The notes beneath the pieces are model-generated. The model was not told where the DNA came from, did no database searches, and worked only from the letters and a program-made list of their open reading frames with translations. Shown here one piece after another: positions 13,101-28,300 of a stretch of 64,000 bases of DNA (positions are counted from its first letter, which is position 1; every line of letters starts with the position of its first letter). Made by a program: the position numbers and the translations under genes. The stretch spans positions 34,412,001-34,476,000 of the forward strand of contig OZ320315.1 in NCBI GenBank assembly GCA_976226885.1, given 5' to 3'. The stretch is from Iphione sp. A-MEVVRFRX5 (taxonomy: Eukaryota).

Positions 13101-16100
13101 ACTGGTCGTTATCAGTGAAGTGTTTTGTCGAACACAGGCAAGGCATATGTTACATAACCAAGATATATTTCTACCTAGCCGTGAAAAATTGAGGGTCACA
13201 TATAATGGATTTTTTTTCAATGATGGGTTTTTTCCACACAGAGATTATGTCAGTTATCCTCTTTCATTGTATCATTTTCAGACGTGAATAAATGAACTAA
13301 TATATACCTTTCTAAACCCTCACCAGTATGACATGGGATCTCTATGGGCGATGTTTCTAATAGGTAGTCTAATTAATTTGTGTTCATTATACCATTTTCA
13401 TATTTCATGTTTCAGTCTGTAGTAAATTTTTACCTGAAAGAGTAAGGGACTGGGAGCTGATGCGTGCTGGACTCTACACCTAATGCTAGAGGAGTTGTCA
13501 ACCTTGTTGACCTAGTTCTTTGAAGCAACCAATGAGTACCTCCCAGACAATATATTATAGGTAGAACTACTATGTAATTAATAGAATTGAATACTTTTCA
13601 ACAGCCTATCAAGAAATTTACCATAACTTGCTATATATTTAGGCATCCCTCCATATTTGCTACAATTTGTATTAATGCAGACCCAGTGCTTTGATTTTTC
13701 CTGACGCCATGTTGGGATGGGGTGATCAATATTTTTACCCAAGCTTTTGAAATCCAAGTGGAATATAATTTCAAAAAGTTTCGAAAATACTTACCATACA
13801 CTGATTGGTCTATAGTTAGGAACGTTGCAGTTGTCTCCACCTGAAAAAATGGGGGAGTGACTATGGCTTGTTTTGATTAAACTGTCTATGGACATATGCC
13901 ATAGAGTTGACTGTCAATTTTTTTTCGGGATTAGACCTTCAGTTCAAAGATCCCTCTTTTTAAAGGTGACATTTGACAAAGGACGAATTGTAGTCTTTGT
14001 AGATTGGATACATGTACGGTATTTCCTTCAGAGAAGATGGGTTCCCCGACTCCTACCCCCATAGTGTGGGGGCAGTTAGGCCCTTATCTCCAAGAAGTCC
14101 AAGAAAGCATGGTGCATGATGTGTACATGATTGTGTGGAATGTGGTGATTACAGGTATTAACTAAGCCATTGCCGTCAGCGAGCTGCACTGTTATATTTC
14201 CATTTTCTATCTCTATTTATCAAACTTCACTGCAGATTTAATGAAAATGTCTTTTTAATTGCCACTTTATTTTAAGCCAAGCGACCACGGCTATCCAACG
14301 AATCAAAAGGGGGAAATTATCTTTGAGGACGAAATTACAGATATTACCGAGACGTGGCAGGTAAATAAAGAAGGGTTTCTTTCATTTATTAATGCCAAAA
14401 ACTGATATGCATGCAAAAATAAAGGAGCAATTCGGAAAGGACAGCCTATACTCCATTTGTATGAATATTGTACCGGTTGTGTCTGTGCCTAAATGATTCA
14501 TGATGCCCGACACATGTGCCTTGCATGCATCACACTTGAAGGCCAATGTGCATTTTTATGGCTAAATTGTTTACACCCTGCAAGACCGTACACATGTTTA
14601 TGCACATGGACTATGTTTTTGCCTACTGATGTACCAAGAGACTGGGTACACATTTATTGCACCCACAACAATTTTGCCGTTATAAATATATATGAATATG
14701 ATTTATAGGAATATGGAAAACATGAGAGATTCTAGAGAATGTGCAAGATTTCTCTGAACTTTCATAAGTTTTGACTTGGATGAACTGTAATTGAATTCGA
14801 AATTGGTATACTCTTCATAGATAATTACGGTATGAACTGTAAATTGATATGTTAACGTAGTTTGTACTGGAAACAGATATTGCATCATCTCAGAATAGAA
14901 CCCGGATCTAGTTGTTAAATACATAATAACTGATGCTAGGGCACTGAGAAAGGACGTCATACAAAAATTCCCTGTAACATTGGTAATTTTCTCGCCTATA
15001 TTTGCACAGTTGCTGGAAAAATATAACTGATACCTCAGAAGGTTCCCAGTGGACATGCCCCCTGTCAGACTGAACTAGGACACATTAAATCAGATGGTGC
15101 GCAACCTTAACAAAGAACTAGTAAGGTTGTGCATTGAACTGGGAGTGCCCTCCTCAAGGGGATCTTACATAATCCACAAGAGACTACAAGGAAAATGGCT
15201 CTTCAAGGTACACAAATTCCAGGATGGGTACCAGCTAAACAGTAAGGCTCACACAGAATTCTGATAAATGGGAGAGCTCTTCAGAAAGTCAAATATATAA
15301 TTAGATTGTAAAAACTATATATTACTCTTGAACATGGTCTTTAGCAAAACTGTTGAAAACATAGTCCATAAACAACACTCGACCTACTTAGAAACAAACC
15401 AGCTAATTTTAGAGCATCAACATTGCTTCAGAATAAATCGTAGTATTGGATCAACTCTTGTAAATTTTGTTACTAAAATTGTAGCTGCTGTGGACAAATA
15501 ATGGGTCACATCAGCAATATTCATAGACTACAAGAAAGCCTTTAACTCTACAAGTCACAATAATTGCCTCCCCTGGTTCAGAGGCTTCCTAACTGGACAA
15601 AGTAAAAGAGCTAGGGTCAATGGTGTCATTTTAGACATAATATGTGGTGTACCTCAGGGGTCAACCTTAGGACCCTTACTCTCAAGTTAAAGCAATGCTA
15701 ACTTGTAATTCAGCATTAGCAGTGCAGTATGGTCGCACACTTTGCAATTATGATGCAGACTTTACAAAAGAATTAAGCACACTAATGTCCAATCTGGCTG
15801 TGTGGCTACATGTCAGTTTGATTCAAGATACATGTACATATTATGTGATCACACCTATGCGACGGTGATAATTTTCATTATTCCAGCTGAGAACAAAGTA
15901 ACCTACTCAATAACATAAAAGTAGTACCTACTACTTGTATCACAAAGTGAAAAATGCTCTGATTCTTGTGGTAAACTGCTCCAGCACCACTGTGTGGCCA
16001 CAAACCCTGCACAATCTAAGTACTGATACCATCATCCGACCTCTCGGTTGAATCTTTACATAATAGACACGGTGTCCTATTTAAGGGACTAAACTTAGGC

Positions 16101-16338
16101 CTTATTGGCAAAGGAAACCCTATTCACATCAGATTATACAGCAAAGACAGTGCGTTGGCCCATACATTGCAATCTCAAAAATAACAACAGAAACTTTGGG
16201 AATTACAGAACCTCGGCTACTCAACTAGGATGCTGTGTGGCTGCACACAGCAGGCTCGTAGCCAGGAATTGTTGGAACAGATTTCCTCACATTTCCTTGC
16301 TTCTGGAGCATTTTTTTTCTCTCCCTCCCTGTCTCTCC

Positions 16339-16391
<53 letters not shown>

Positions 16392-19300
16392 TTTGTTCTT
16401 TTAAAGTACTTAAGGGACTGATCATCAAAGGCATGCACTGGTAGATGTCGACTACTAAACATATACATATACAAGAGAAAGGCTTCTTCTGTGGCCTATG
16501 ACATCATTTAATACTATCCTAGCAGCATGACTATTGTGTTTTTATTTAATCATGCATCTCATTTCCTAATCACATCAACTGAAAGCTACATACTGTACAC
16601 TGGTTTCTTGTATACTTTGTATACGTTTCCAGTAAATACAAGGTAATAAAAAAACTTTCAACACTGAGAAAAATGTCCCGATGTATTCGTTCAAATTATA
16701 TATTTTCTTCTTTACTTATTTTATCTTGAACAACGGTTTACATACTCACATCACATATATATATATATATATTGTAACGTGTGACAGATATGAGTGGATT
16801 GCTAGGTTCTTCAGAGTAAATAATCAATGTCCACCCAGAGAAATCAGGTTCACTCCAACTGCAGAAATCTGCTGGGTGTTACTCTCTTGAGGTGCGGTGA
16901 GAGAATATCTGTTTACTCAGAAACTTCCTGCCTTTATACACAGCCAGTGCCCTAGATGGCTTACGTAACATTATATGTCACAATACAGCATACGTATTAC
17001 TTTCCAATACCCCATTCCGGCATCCTGGTCAGAACCAAATATTGAGCTCACTGAGTTGGAATATATCCGTTGGAAGTGGAAATGGAACGAATCGGTCTTT
17101 GCACGAACCCTCGTACGTAGGGCTTAGCTTATCAGGACTGCTTAACAGGTCTGTTTCAAAATTGTGTGCATAGGTGTTGTCTTGCAGATTTAAGGTTTCT
17201 GTCAAGATCATAATTATTAAAAGGTAAGTTGCAGGCACCGTAAACACACATACTTATGAAATATATTTATATTATATGCAATGTACACTGTTTGCCATTT
17301 ATTGTTACATCGTTATACTTTTCAGGGCATGGAAGACTGTGTGAAACTTGGACTAGCAAAATCTATCGGTTTATCAAACTTCTCGTGTGGACAGATAAAA
17401 CGTATCTTGAACAACTGTCAAATCAAGCCATCTAATTTACAGGTTGATATTTTTACTTTTGGATTACCCACTGATCTTTCATTGTTAAAAAAGATTAGTT
17501 CACATAGAGCCACAATACTGTCTCACATATATTTTCTCAATTCGTTCTCTATTATAGCTTGTAAAGGAGAATTGCACTCAAGTGTTTTGATAACATCCCC
17601 GGTAAATAAAAGGAAAATGTCATGTTTTAGCAATATTTATAATCATTGTTTACAGATCTTCTTTAAAATGGTAATCAACATTTTAAAACTATGTAACACA
17701 AATGTGTCACAAGATATTAGTGCAATATGAAAAGGTTTTATTTTTGGAAAAATTGCCCATGATGTTTTCACAATGTATAATTAACATTTCTGAGATGTAC
17801 CATTTTGCAATGCAACATTAGGACAAGATAATTTGTTAAGCGATCATAGGATGTTCTTGAGACCTACTATTTTTGTGTTTGAAGATATGTTTCAAAGTAC
17901 TTTAATATTCTAGATAATTTTTAAATGTCTTTTAAAAAATATCGTTGCATGTTTTGGGCGGAGAAGCTCAAAGCGCAAAATTCAATATCTGTCAATCTCA
18001 CTTCAAGGTTGAATGCCATCCTTACCTGCAACAACGAGAGCTAGTGAATCTATGTGCGGAAAACAAAATTGTCCTTTCTTGCTTTTCTCCTCTCGCCAAA
18101 CCTTTTAGTGAAAGGTATGATTTTTCATTTTCCAAAGGTGTTGGAAACGGTTTGGTCTAATAGAAAGCTGAGGAGAGGGGATTCGTCAATAGCTGTCCCT
18201 CTTAGATTAATCAAGCAACATATACACCATTCAAACAAATTTTTGTGACATTCTGTTTATAATACCATATTTCTTACTTCAATTTCTTTGGAGTTGTACT
18301 GAAGCAAAAATTATCTAGTATATCACAAACAGAATATCGATAATTAATTATCTTCAAGATAGTGTAATTGTAAATTTGTCTGGAAAGGTTGCAAGTTAGG
18401 AAACATGATGCTTTATAGGGTTTGCAAACATTTCTCAAATTTACTATGATAAAATATGCAATTCAATTCAGAGTCAAGATGAAAAGCCAGATATTTTTAA
18501 AAATGCACACCCTGCTAAAGCTCTGCATAACCATCTTGGGACTGAATGAGTCTAAGTACTACTTGAGAAGCCAGGCCTAATGGCCATCGACAGGCAAATG
18601 TTGATTGGCCTTATCCCAGTAACTGCTGAGATGCGCACTCGAGACAGTGGTCACCAACAGGCTGCAATTCCCTGCCCTAGGTCCAGTCATTTTGCCTCAT
18701 CTCTTCATCCCTACAGGCGCATCAGCATTTGGAATGGACTGCCTTAAAGGGCAAAGGAGGGCATCCATCTCCAGCTGCCCCTGGATAGGCACTGAGCTAT
18801 GTCCAGGTTATATATTGTAGGACACCTTGGGTATCTCATCTTGAATGCACATTGTTCCCACAGGTGCACAGCATTATCCCATTTCCTGAGGTATTGACTG
18901 CTTCTGGCAAATATTTTATAGGATACTGCATTAGGATATGCCTAGTTGGTTGCATAATAATGGACAATGCCTGTGTATGGGTCACTTGGTCCAGACATAA
19001 TGATCTTGGGCCCAGTGGTTGACATTGAATGCTTTCATTGGTCGGTGAGATTTGCTAGTAACACCCTATGATCTGACATGACATTTCTCATAATTACCTA
19101 GGTATACTAGAAAAGGCTCTCAGCTCCCACTCTCTGGCCCAGCAGAATAACTGGCAATCCACACTGTGTGTACTAGAAATGTTCTTCTGCATTCCCACTA
19201 TCAATCAATTCTTTAGGAGTTTTCCTTACAAGTCAGAGTCAGACAGGATTTTCTTTTATCTTTAAACTTAACTCCTCTGGACTTGCTCCTTTGCTGAGCT

Positions 19301-22300
19301 TGGTTACATCAGGCATAGGGATCTCTCACTTTACAAAGCAGTTCTGTTCCCATGACTAGTAATGAACCAATGATCCTGTGTGAGAAGGATGATGTTTCTG
19401 CCATGCTCATCCATGTACCCATCTATGGGTTAGCTCAAGAAGCTGATGCTGCTGAGACAAGACTGTCTTTGTACCGGTTCCAGGAGTGACAAATATACCT
19501 CTTTATTGGTAGACCATGACTCTAACTCCCAAGGGACCAATTGGGCCAGGTTGGCACTTTTCCCGCACTGGTTGCTGTGTGCCCTTGGAATTAGGCTGAG
19601 AATTTGTTCAATAGTTGACTGCTTCTGTGACCTGTTTCCCCCAACATTACCATCTACTTCTTCTAACTAACATCCTGTAGGGTTGTCATTTCTTCTCAGA
19701 ATTTGCTAACGGAGTTATTGCCTACTACAGGGGAGGAGGGAACTTGATGATGTTTGATGTTTTTATTACTCATCACCAAGAGAATTTCATGATTAATATG
19801 AGAACAATCCAGAGCAGATAAGTGTACATGGTGATAATCAATTGGTGAATTGATTACAAAATGTAAAACCAAATACAAAATACAGTATCGTTGAATGAAA
19901 TTCATTCAATGGAATAGTGCAAAAGTCCACTAGAAAGTGTAAAGCAATAGTAGTTAACACAGTTAGTCAGTATTGAACAGCAGTGAAACAAACCTAGTCT
20001 GCATTCTATGTGATTCACAAAACAGAACTTTCCTCCAAATTGGGCTGGTTCAGAATTATGTCAAGGTGGTTGACCAATATGGTCAATTTTAAGTTCAGGG
20101 TCCAAAGGAAACAGGCGATCTCTCATGATATTAAGCTAGTGCCGTATCAATTTTACCAAACGCCAAACAATTTTTTTCCCAATTTCAGTTTTAAAAACGG
20201 ATATTCATAAGCACTTCCATCATCTGAACATATTGGCCTGATTTCATCCATGACTCTCATACTTAAATCTGTTCAAGGACTAAAGCCGCAAAACTAGATG
20301 TGCCTTCAGATCCGGTCCTTACGGAAATTGGAAAGAAGTATAAAAAATCTGCAGTACAGGTGAGTATGGAGTTGCTCCAACCTCGTTTAAGAATGGAGCA
20401 TGAATGAGGGTGTTAGAATGGTGCATAAATAAGGAAATGGCTATTACAATACAAGTAGTTATACATGTGTATAATGTATTGCATTAACGCATATCCTAAG
20501 TTAATTTGCCGCCGTGTTTCCTAATATTTAGATTGCCCTGAGGTTCCAGATACAGAGAGGTCTGGTCGTTATCCCCAAAAGTGCTTCATCAAAACGACAG
20601 AGGGAAAATCTTAACGTAAGTTCTTAAAAAGATTTGTTCAAAAAGGACTGAAGAAGGCATGCATTCTATAGCAGGAGACTACTGTAAACATCAAGTGATA
20701 AGTTGTGTTCATGAAAGAAACTGATACGAATCGGAGAGGAGTGAGACACTCGTTAGAGAACTTATAGTCTATACTGACAGAGGGTTTTATTAGACAATAC
20801 AAAAACCTAATGCCTCCAGTAGCAAAGGATTTAAAATTAATAGCAACACAGGTCACTTTACAAATCGGTTTCCCTGAAAAAATTCCTCTAACTGAGAAAT
20901 GGGGAAAATATGATTTGATATATGTGTCTGATGAAACATAGTCAAAATCGTGTCATTATATGGAATATCAAAGAAATAAGAAACAGCTTAAGTCCTCCAC
21001 CACACACACCATGAGCATTGTCCCCATGGCAACATAATAGCAACACATATGTAGGGGGAGAGGAAGCTCAGAGCCTTGTGTGGAGCAGACCTGAAAAGAC
21101 CTACCCTGGTTGTTGGTGTCAGCAGAGTATGTGAGTCTTCCACCCTCATACACATTCCTCCCTTCTGGGCTCCCACCCTCACCCTGGGGGACCCTTCCCC
21201 CTTTCCCCCCTCCCCCCCTCAGGTAAAGGGGTACACAGTGTCCTAAGTTCCAAGTACAGTGGTGGTGTAGGCCCAGCCAATGGTTCTGACCAGCCTGTAA
21301 CCCTCAGGGGGCCTATGTGGTCCTGTAGGTTGGCTTGGCTGCTATACCATGTTTTCACCACCTACAGACATATGTGCACCAGAGCACTGGCAGAGATCAG
21401 AGGTTCAGGGGTGTAAGTGACCAAGGTCCTTTGGTACTTGTCACACCTGGTTGCACATGGTTCACTCACATCACTCACTGGCACCTGCCAATCAGTGGTA
21501 TGGGACCTACTCATCTGCTTTGCATGGAGCTGTCACGTAACAAGGCTTTTCCACCTCTTCTGACTTAATGAGATGGGGGGACATTGAGCACAATTGTCAT
21601 CAGTAGTCCAGAGCAGGAACTTCCCCCCCATACATGCTGCTGCACTTCATCCCACCACCTGCCACAACAGTTCATTGGGCTGCCTCATTGGGTAAAATGC
21701 CTGGGGCAACCTTTTCCCCCACCCCCATACCTGTCTACAGTTACGATCAGGCTAGCGACACACAGGGGTGAGAGCATAATTTAATCTAAACCCCGTATTA
21801 CACAATCAAGCAAATCAAAGAATGCCCCCGATAATTCATTTATATAGAAGAGAAACATGGTAAGCATAAGTAAAAAACTGTGTCTCAGAATGAAACAATG
21901 CTACACATGGTTGTATGCATGTTGAGTTATAAGTGTGTATTCATACCATCCAGGCAGCTGATGGCTGTGGGAACTTCCACGTGAACATCAGGTGATGCTT
22001 TGCCTCATTCCGACCAGAACAATTGATAATACCTGAAGCCATTAGGTATATCATCAAGTTTTTGCGAATTGATTTTTCATTTTTGTGTAATGCTTTTATT
22101 GCATAATTGCTCCATAATGACAATCTGCGAGCATTAGCAGTGAAGAAAAAACGTGCTGGACATCTAGCAAAATGGTCTGAAATAGGCTTGAACGAAATGT
22201 ACAACTTCATTGGTTTGTCTACTGTGATGGGAATCATTGTTTCATGAATCTGGTTTACTCTCACTTCCTGTACAAGGGACAAATGTACCACTATCATGAG

Positions 22301-25300
22301 GTCAGTGTTGGCTCCATATAATAGAGTGTATTTATGTATCTGTATAAAGTGTGAATTATACATTCATCTTGATTTCTCTTAATGATATCTGTTGGTATTA
22401 TATTTTGGTTACAATTCTGATTTCAGATATTAAAATTTCTATGAGGATGCCAACCCAAGTTATAATGTCCAGGCCAATGAACCATATCGTCCATCACAAA
22501 AGTGAAATGGTTATTCTTGTATCTGCATGATATCTGGAAGAAATTATGTGTCGCTAGACAAGAACTAGTAGTTTACATAACAATGATCTGCCATGAAAGC
22601 AGACTGGCATTCAAGCAATGTCTTTCCAATAAACCCACGACATGGAGCTACCAAATGTTAGGTCATTTCCGAAAGTGCCACTGATAGTGACTTTGTTCTA
22701 AATTGTCTAAGTGTATAGACTTTATGAAAAGGCCCTTTGTTATGTGGTTTTCATTCCTTCATAAGAGGCAGCCTCAGATGTAAGCCTTTCCACGCAAAAG
22801 ATCTCCCAAAGTGTGTTATGTACAGAATATCAAAGTGCAGTATGTATATCAATGACTTTGGTCCATCAATCCAGTCTGGCTCGCTGTAACACTATCACTA
22901 GTCTTTCTGGAAAGATTCACCAGATAGAAACAAATAATGATTTTGTATGGGAAAGTACAAAGTATGAGTCTCTTCTAATGACTTCTGAATTATGTTACTT
23001 ATTGCTGTGGAACAAGCTATCCCAAATTCGCCTCCCTAAAAAGCTTATCAGATGTTATCATTTGTGAAGCCATTGCGATCTATGCGCTTTCCTAGAAGGA
23101 CTGATTTACATTTTACCCTCCTTGAAAGATAAGAGGCATACATAATTTTTCATCTTTTTATCTTTTTAATTCTGCCCCTGATTATTGTAATTGCATGAGA
23201 GAAGTGGAACTAATTGCTGCAATATTAAAATTTGTCTAGGAAATCTATAGAGTGGTCTGTGGTATTGCTTAGAGGTAAGAATGTCAATTCTGTACAATGC
23301 AGCTGCTAATTTCCCTCCTCCAATTCCACTGAAGTTTATCATTATATATTGTGATTTCCCACCACTATCAAAAGACATACGTGCCCCAGATGAGAAAAGA
23401 TTGAAATCTGGATGTTTTTCCCCTCTGATATGAAGAACAAAGCTATTGCAGGGTGTGTTATAAGAGGTCAGCTAATAGGATTCAGATTACAAAAAGACGA
23501 AGTATGAATGCAAGGACTGATTTATACATCTCTGTTTGCCAAGTTGCTTTGCTGTGTACAGTATATTAGGAGACCATTCCAGGTTGTGCATCAAGGAATA
23601 ATGTGTGTTTCAGCATGCTTTTTTTGTCAAAATGCAGAAGAAATCTTAGATAAATATGTATCACTCACGTTATAATGTGATATCATGTCTTTGTCAATGA
23701 ATATTCTATCAATATAAAATCTGATAGATCCATATGTACACATACATCTGGTCTATTATACTCATAGTAAATTAGCCACCTGATATCAAATTCCTAGTGA
23801 TAATTTCAATTAATCGTGAGTAGTAAGTCTGAAAGTCATTACAACCACGAGAAGAGGTCTTTAACAACCATGATCAACTCAATATACATGTTTTGACATA
23901 CTGAATACATCCCATCCATTTGTAGGAATGTGTCAGAATAATGTTCTGTTGGTTACTTGTAGTGTGACTAGATAGGTGCCGCCTAATTAGGATTAAAACT
24001 AACACCTACTACAACAGACCTAAGTTTTAAAACGTTTACTGATATGCTCCGGGTTCTCCAGCAACTAGAAGTATGGCAGAGCTTCGAGATGAGACTGAAA
24101 ACACTATTGAAAGCATCGGTACCTAGCATGCTTGAAATAATTCAGGTTCAAAGCTATCAGAGGAAATATTCTTCAGCATTTCAGGACTTAGGTCTCTTAA
24201 TCCTAGATATGTTAGAATACATAGTGGGACAGAGTTGGACAAAGGCATTCCTCATCACCCTACCTCCAAGGGGGAGGAGTGAAAATAAATAAAAAAAATC
24301 GGTGTTTCCAGTACCATGCTGATTTAATAGAGGGTTAGTAGATAGAGGGTTTATCATTTTTATTTTATTGTGAATGGATCCTAAGATAGCATCCTCCAAG
24401 CCTAACACTACCATTTATACTGCTTAGATCTTCACGAAACTGATATCATGTTAAAGCCAAGGGCCCAAGGAAAACAATGGTGTACTGTATACGTATCTGT
24501 ATTCATTCAGAAGATATTCACAAAACAATTAAAAAGGGGTCAGTCAAGTTACTGAAAACACAGATGTATTTCATCTAGGCCTAAGTAATAATAGAAGGAA
24601 AAGATTTTATGTACTTCAACTTTCTTTAATTTTTTATTCAGATTTTTGACTTCAATCTGGGAGAAGAGGATATGGAGGCGATTGGTGCTCTTGACCAAAA
24701 CTTCAGAGCACTCCTTTTGGACAAGTAAGTTACTTTGTCCATTAAATGAATCACATATTATTGACATCAATTACCACATACCAAACAAAATACATGTACA
24801 TGGATATCTATGTAGATAGTTGTATAGACAACTGTGATAATACTGAATCAGCGTTAGCCCTTCTCCTTTTGTATACCAGACATCTGTATCCTTTAACTGC
24901 ATGCTACAACTACTTCCACATACATTTACTGTATAGTTCCTTCAGCATTACACTACCTATATAAATCTTTACCTGAATGTAGCACTGGCCATGAGGAGGC
25001 GGTATCATTAGTATGAGACATTTCTTAGTGTTATAATTTGCATTCTTCTCGTAGGTTTAAATGAATACTTTTTAAATTCATGGACATTTTCTGTCAAAAT
25101 TCATACAAAATTCAAAATTCTGTCAATTCATACATTTTCTGTCAAAAAAGAGAATATAGGAGAAACATACAAAAAACATGGCCTTACTTTTTCCAGAGCT
25201 GAGTAGGGATACCTAGTTATTACATAACACACGCCACCCCAGACCCCTCAGCCACTACCACCATGACTAGATCGAAGGGTCAAAGTACAGACTTACATGC

Positions 25301-28300
25301 AGTTGTAAAATAGTATCCCTATGCTTCTAGAATATCACCTATACCTCCGTGTTCAGTCAAAGAGAGTCAAATGTTATGTCTTCAGGCGTTCTCTCTGCAT
25401 ACCCTCTAACCATAAGCCGGCTCAAACATGACAGGCCTGTGGCACCTAACTTAGCAGGGCCCACCTGAATGGGAGTGGAACAGTAAAATGTGTTTATGTA
25501 TATACCTGTATGTGTTTGTGCGTGCATGCATGCATGCTCAAGTGCCGAAGGCATTTGTAAACTTTGAAGATGATTCCATTAAATTGTGGTAAGCTTTCAT
25601 AGATGATATTAACTATCCAGGCTTCCAGTTTGGCCTGGAATATTAGAAGTGATGCAAAATCATACACCTTGGGAACGTCTATTATATTGTGGGACCAATG
25701 TATATAAGCCGTTTCTGATGATCATACTTTCCATGATTCTCACTGTGATGAAATATCTACAGACTTATGTATGAGGCTTCAATCCTTTGTCATGGAGGCA
25801 AGCTAAAAAGTGTGTAAGCCTTTTCAGACAAGAGGCCTCCAAAAGTGTGTTACGTACGAGATACAACAGTCAATTTATTGTCAATTAATTCATTGTCAAT
25901 TCAGTGCATTTCTTAAATATTCTGAGAATATTAGCAGTGAGGCTGCTGGGGTTTGTACTGATCACAATATTACTTCTCTTCTGTTTTGCTATCTTTTTCA
26001 CCCATAGTGCCTCTAGTTATATGTCTCGTACATATGTACCATTTTGACATTTCTTCTGACAAGATTGATTTGCTTATATATATGCTACTATACCTGTTCC
26101 AGTTTTCTATGGACAATTCTGTCAGTCTTGTCTAAATAATTATCTAATTATCATTTAATTTAACTTTCTAACATCTGTGTTGTGTTGTGCATAAGGGTAA
26201 AAGTAGAACTTTAGATACTTAGTTTACAGAGATGGTATTTATTCTTAAATGCTGGTGGTAGCGATCTTGGGTGGTGGTTCAGGGTTGCTTCCTAATTAAT
26301 ATGCGTTAATTGGGAGGTAACTACATTACAATGTAATGCTAGCTGTTAACCAGGATACACTATTGGTAATGACAACTGGTTATATTTCCGTAAACTGAGC
26401 TTAACCTCTCAGCTTCCCATATAAACTATGTCTGTTCCAGTAAATGAAAGAGTGCCCTTCATGCATCCTAATCCACCCCCCTATTTTCTACGAAATTAGT
26501 ATGGGTTTGTTATTAAACAGTATGATATCTGGGATAGGTATGCTGACAACTATTATATTCTCTGTTCATCTAATGAAAGTGCTACTGGTCAGTGGAGATT
26601 TTGCTTTATTTAGTGATTCCTTTATTCACTCAACTGTCAGATTTCCACTACAGGCATTGACAAAGGGGAATAACAATGTGAAGTGTGATCTATTCTTCTG
26701 GGCCAGGTTAAAGTGCTGTAATTGGGTACATGATTTGTTTTGATTGGTGTATTTCTCTGTTGATTGAGGGTGTACTAATACAGGCTGTGTTTTCTGTTTT
26801 TTGCAAGTATGTATTGATGTATTATATGTGTAAGTGTATAGTGTTGGATGTGGATATCTGTTGAATGAGATGACGATGGCCAGTGAGTGGAAACGAGGTA
26901 GTGCCAAGGCAGCTGCTAGTATCACTTAAGCCTGAAATACATTGTAGTTATTTGATAATTAAACACAGCAGGCTAATTTATGCGCTGTGATGCCTATTAA
27001 TTACGCAACCACCTTAATCACACCATTCCGTTATTTTTTCATGATGCTTTATTTTATTAGGTAGGTATTTTGTAAATTTAAACTAATATCGTCACAAAGA
27101 TTACAAACTGGGATGAAATAACGGACCTTAAATTATGTGGACGAGGTAGTGATTTCAAAATAGTGGGGAGGTAGCTCAGTTGGTAAGAGTGCTAACTAGC
27201 CCTAGTCCACTGATGGAGCATTTGCAGATCCAGTCTTGAGCCTGGGATTCTTGATCATGACCAGACAGATTTACTGTAGCCCAAACCCTGAGTGGTCAAC
27301 AGCTTAGTGATAAAGGCTGTGGGGATATAGGATTCTTTCCCCTATGTACAAAAAGAACCCAGAAACCTGTTCAAAATAACAACAGAGAGCAACTATGTAT
27401 TCTGGTCTTTCAATTTTCAATAATAAATGGTAGTATAGGCCTACTACCCAAAAAGGATATGGAAAAACAGCTGAAAAAGCAGAATATCTAGTTGAGATTG
27501 AGATTGAGAACAATTTTATTCCATCTATCGTTTCAAGGAAATGGTTTTCAAAGTGTGGAAGGAAACTAAACACACTCTCACCCCTGATCTCATTAATGAG
27601 GTGACAGGTGATGGTGAAAATGGTTACATTTACAATAGTATGTACATAGATGGAAGAAGCTAGTGATGAGATTGATGCGAGTTCCTGGTTAAATATACGA
27701 TGAAGGAAAAAAGTCCCACTCTAGGATCACCATTAAAACACATTTAACGCAAGCTTTATACATGTCAGAGTCAGAAGGAGAATACAGGATGAACAACCTG
27801 TTGACATAATGGCCCAAGGAGAAATCCCCCCCCAAAAAAAATGCTTTAAAAATTTAATGCTGAATACAACTATATTGTACAGCTTCGTGTAGGGTTGGAT
27901 AAAATTTTCAGTACAGTTTTTTTTTCAAATAAAACATCATTTATGTACAATCAAATTATATTCATGGGTGGTATTTGTGACTTGATACCATGAGATACTA
28001 GACCTGTGGTACAATTCCAATGCACTATGACGAGGATCTGACAGTATTGCACCTAAGCTAAGTATGGCTGTGATTATGGTAGCCACAGTCACCATAATGG
28101 CTATACAACTGGAGTTCTTTCATCAAAGGTGTTTCCATGGTGTATGGAGAAACCAAATCATAGCTTCCATTTCACCATCACCACCACCACCACTACCATT
28201 TTATATAATATCATCTATATAATATCATATATATATATTGATTGACTTGTAAGGAGAGGGAACTATTCAAAAAGTACAGTGTGAAGAAAAGGGAACCATC

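Noticed and set aside
16105..16474. ORFs with SLSLSL/RERERE runs (also near 34485-34806 and 50435-50783)
   Set aside because: Translations of (CT)n/(GA)n microsatellites.
22720..25870. Two similar segments of about 100 bp (22740-22830 and 25765-25860)
   Set aside because: Probably old fragments of one repeat family; too decayed to classify.
27165..27245. tRNA gene
   Set aside because: Only the A-box arm is recognisable; no cloverleaf, and it continues into a SINE body shared with 38010.
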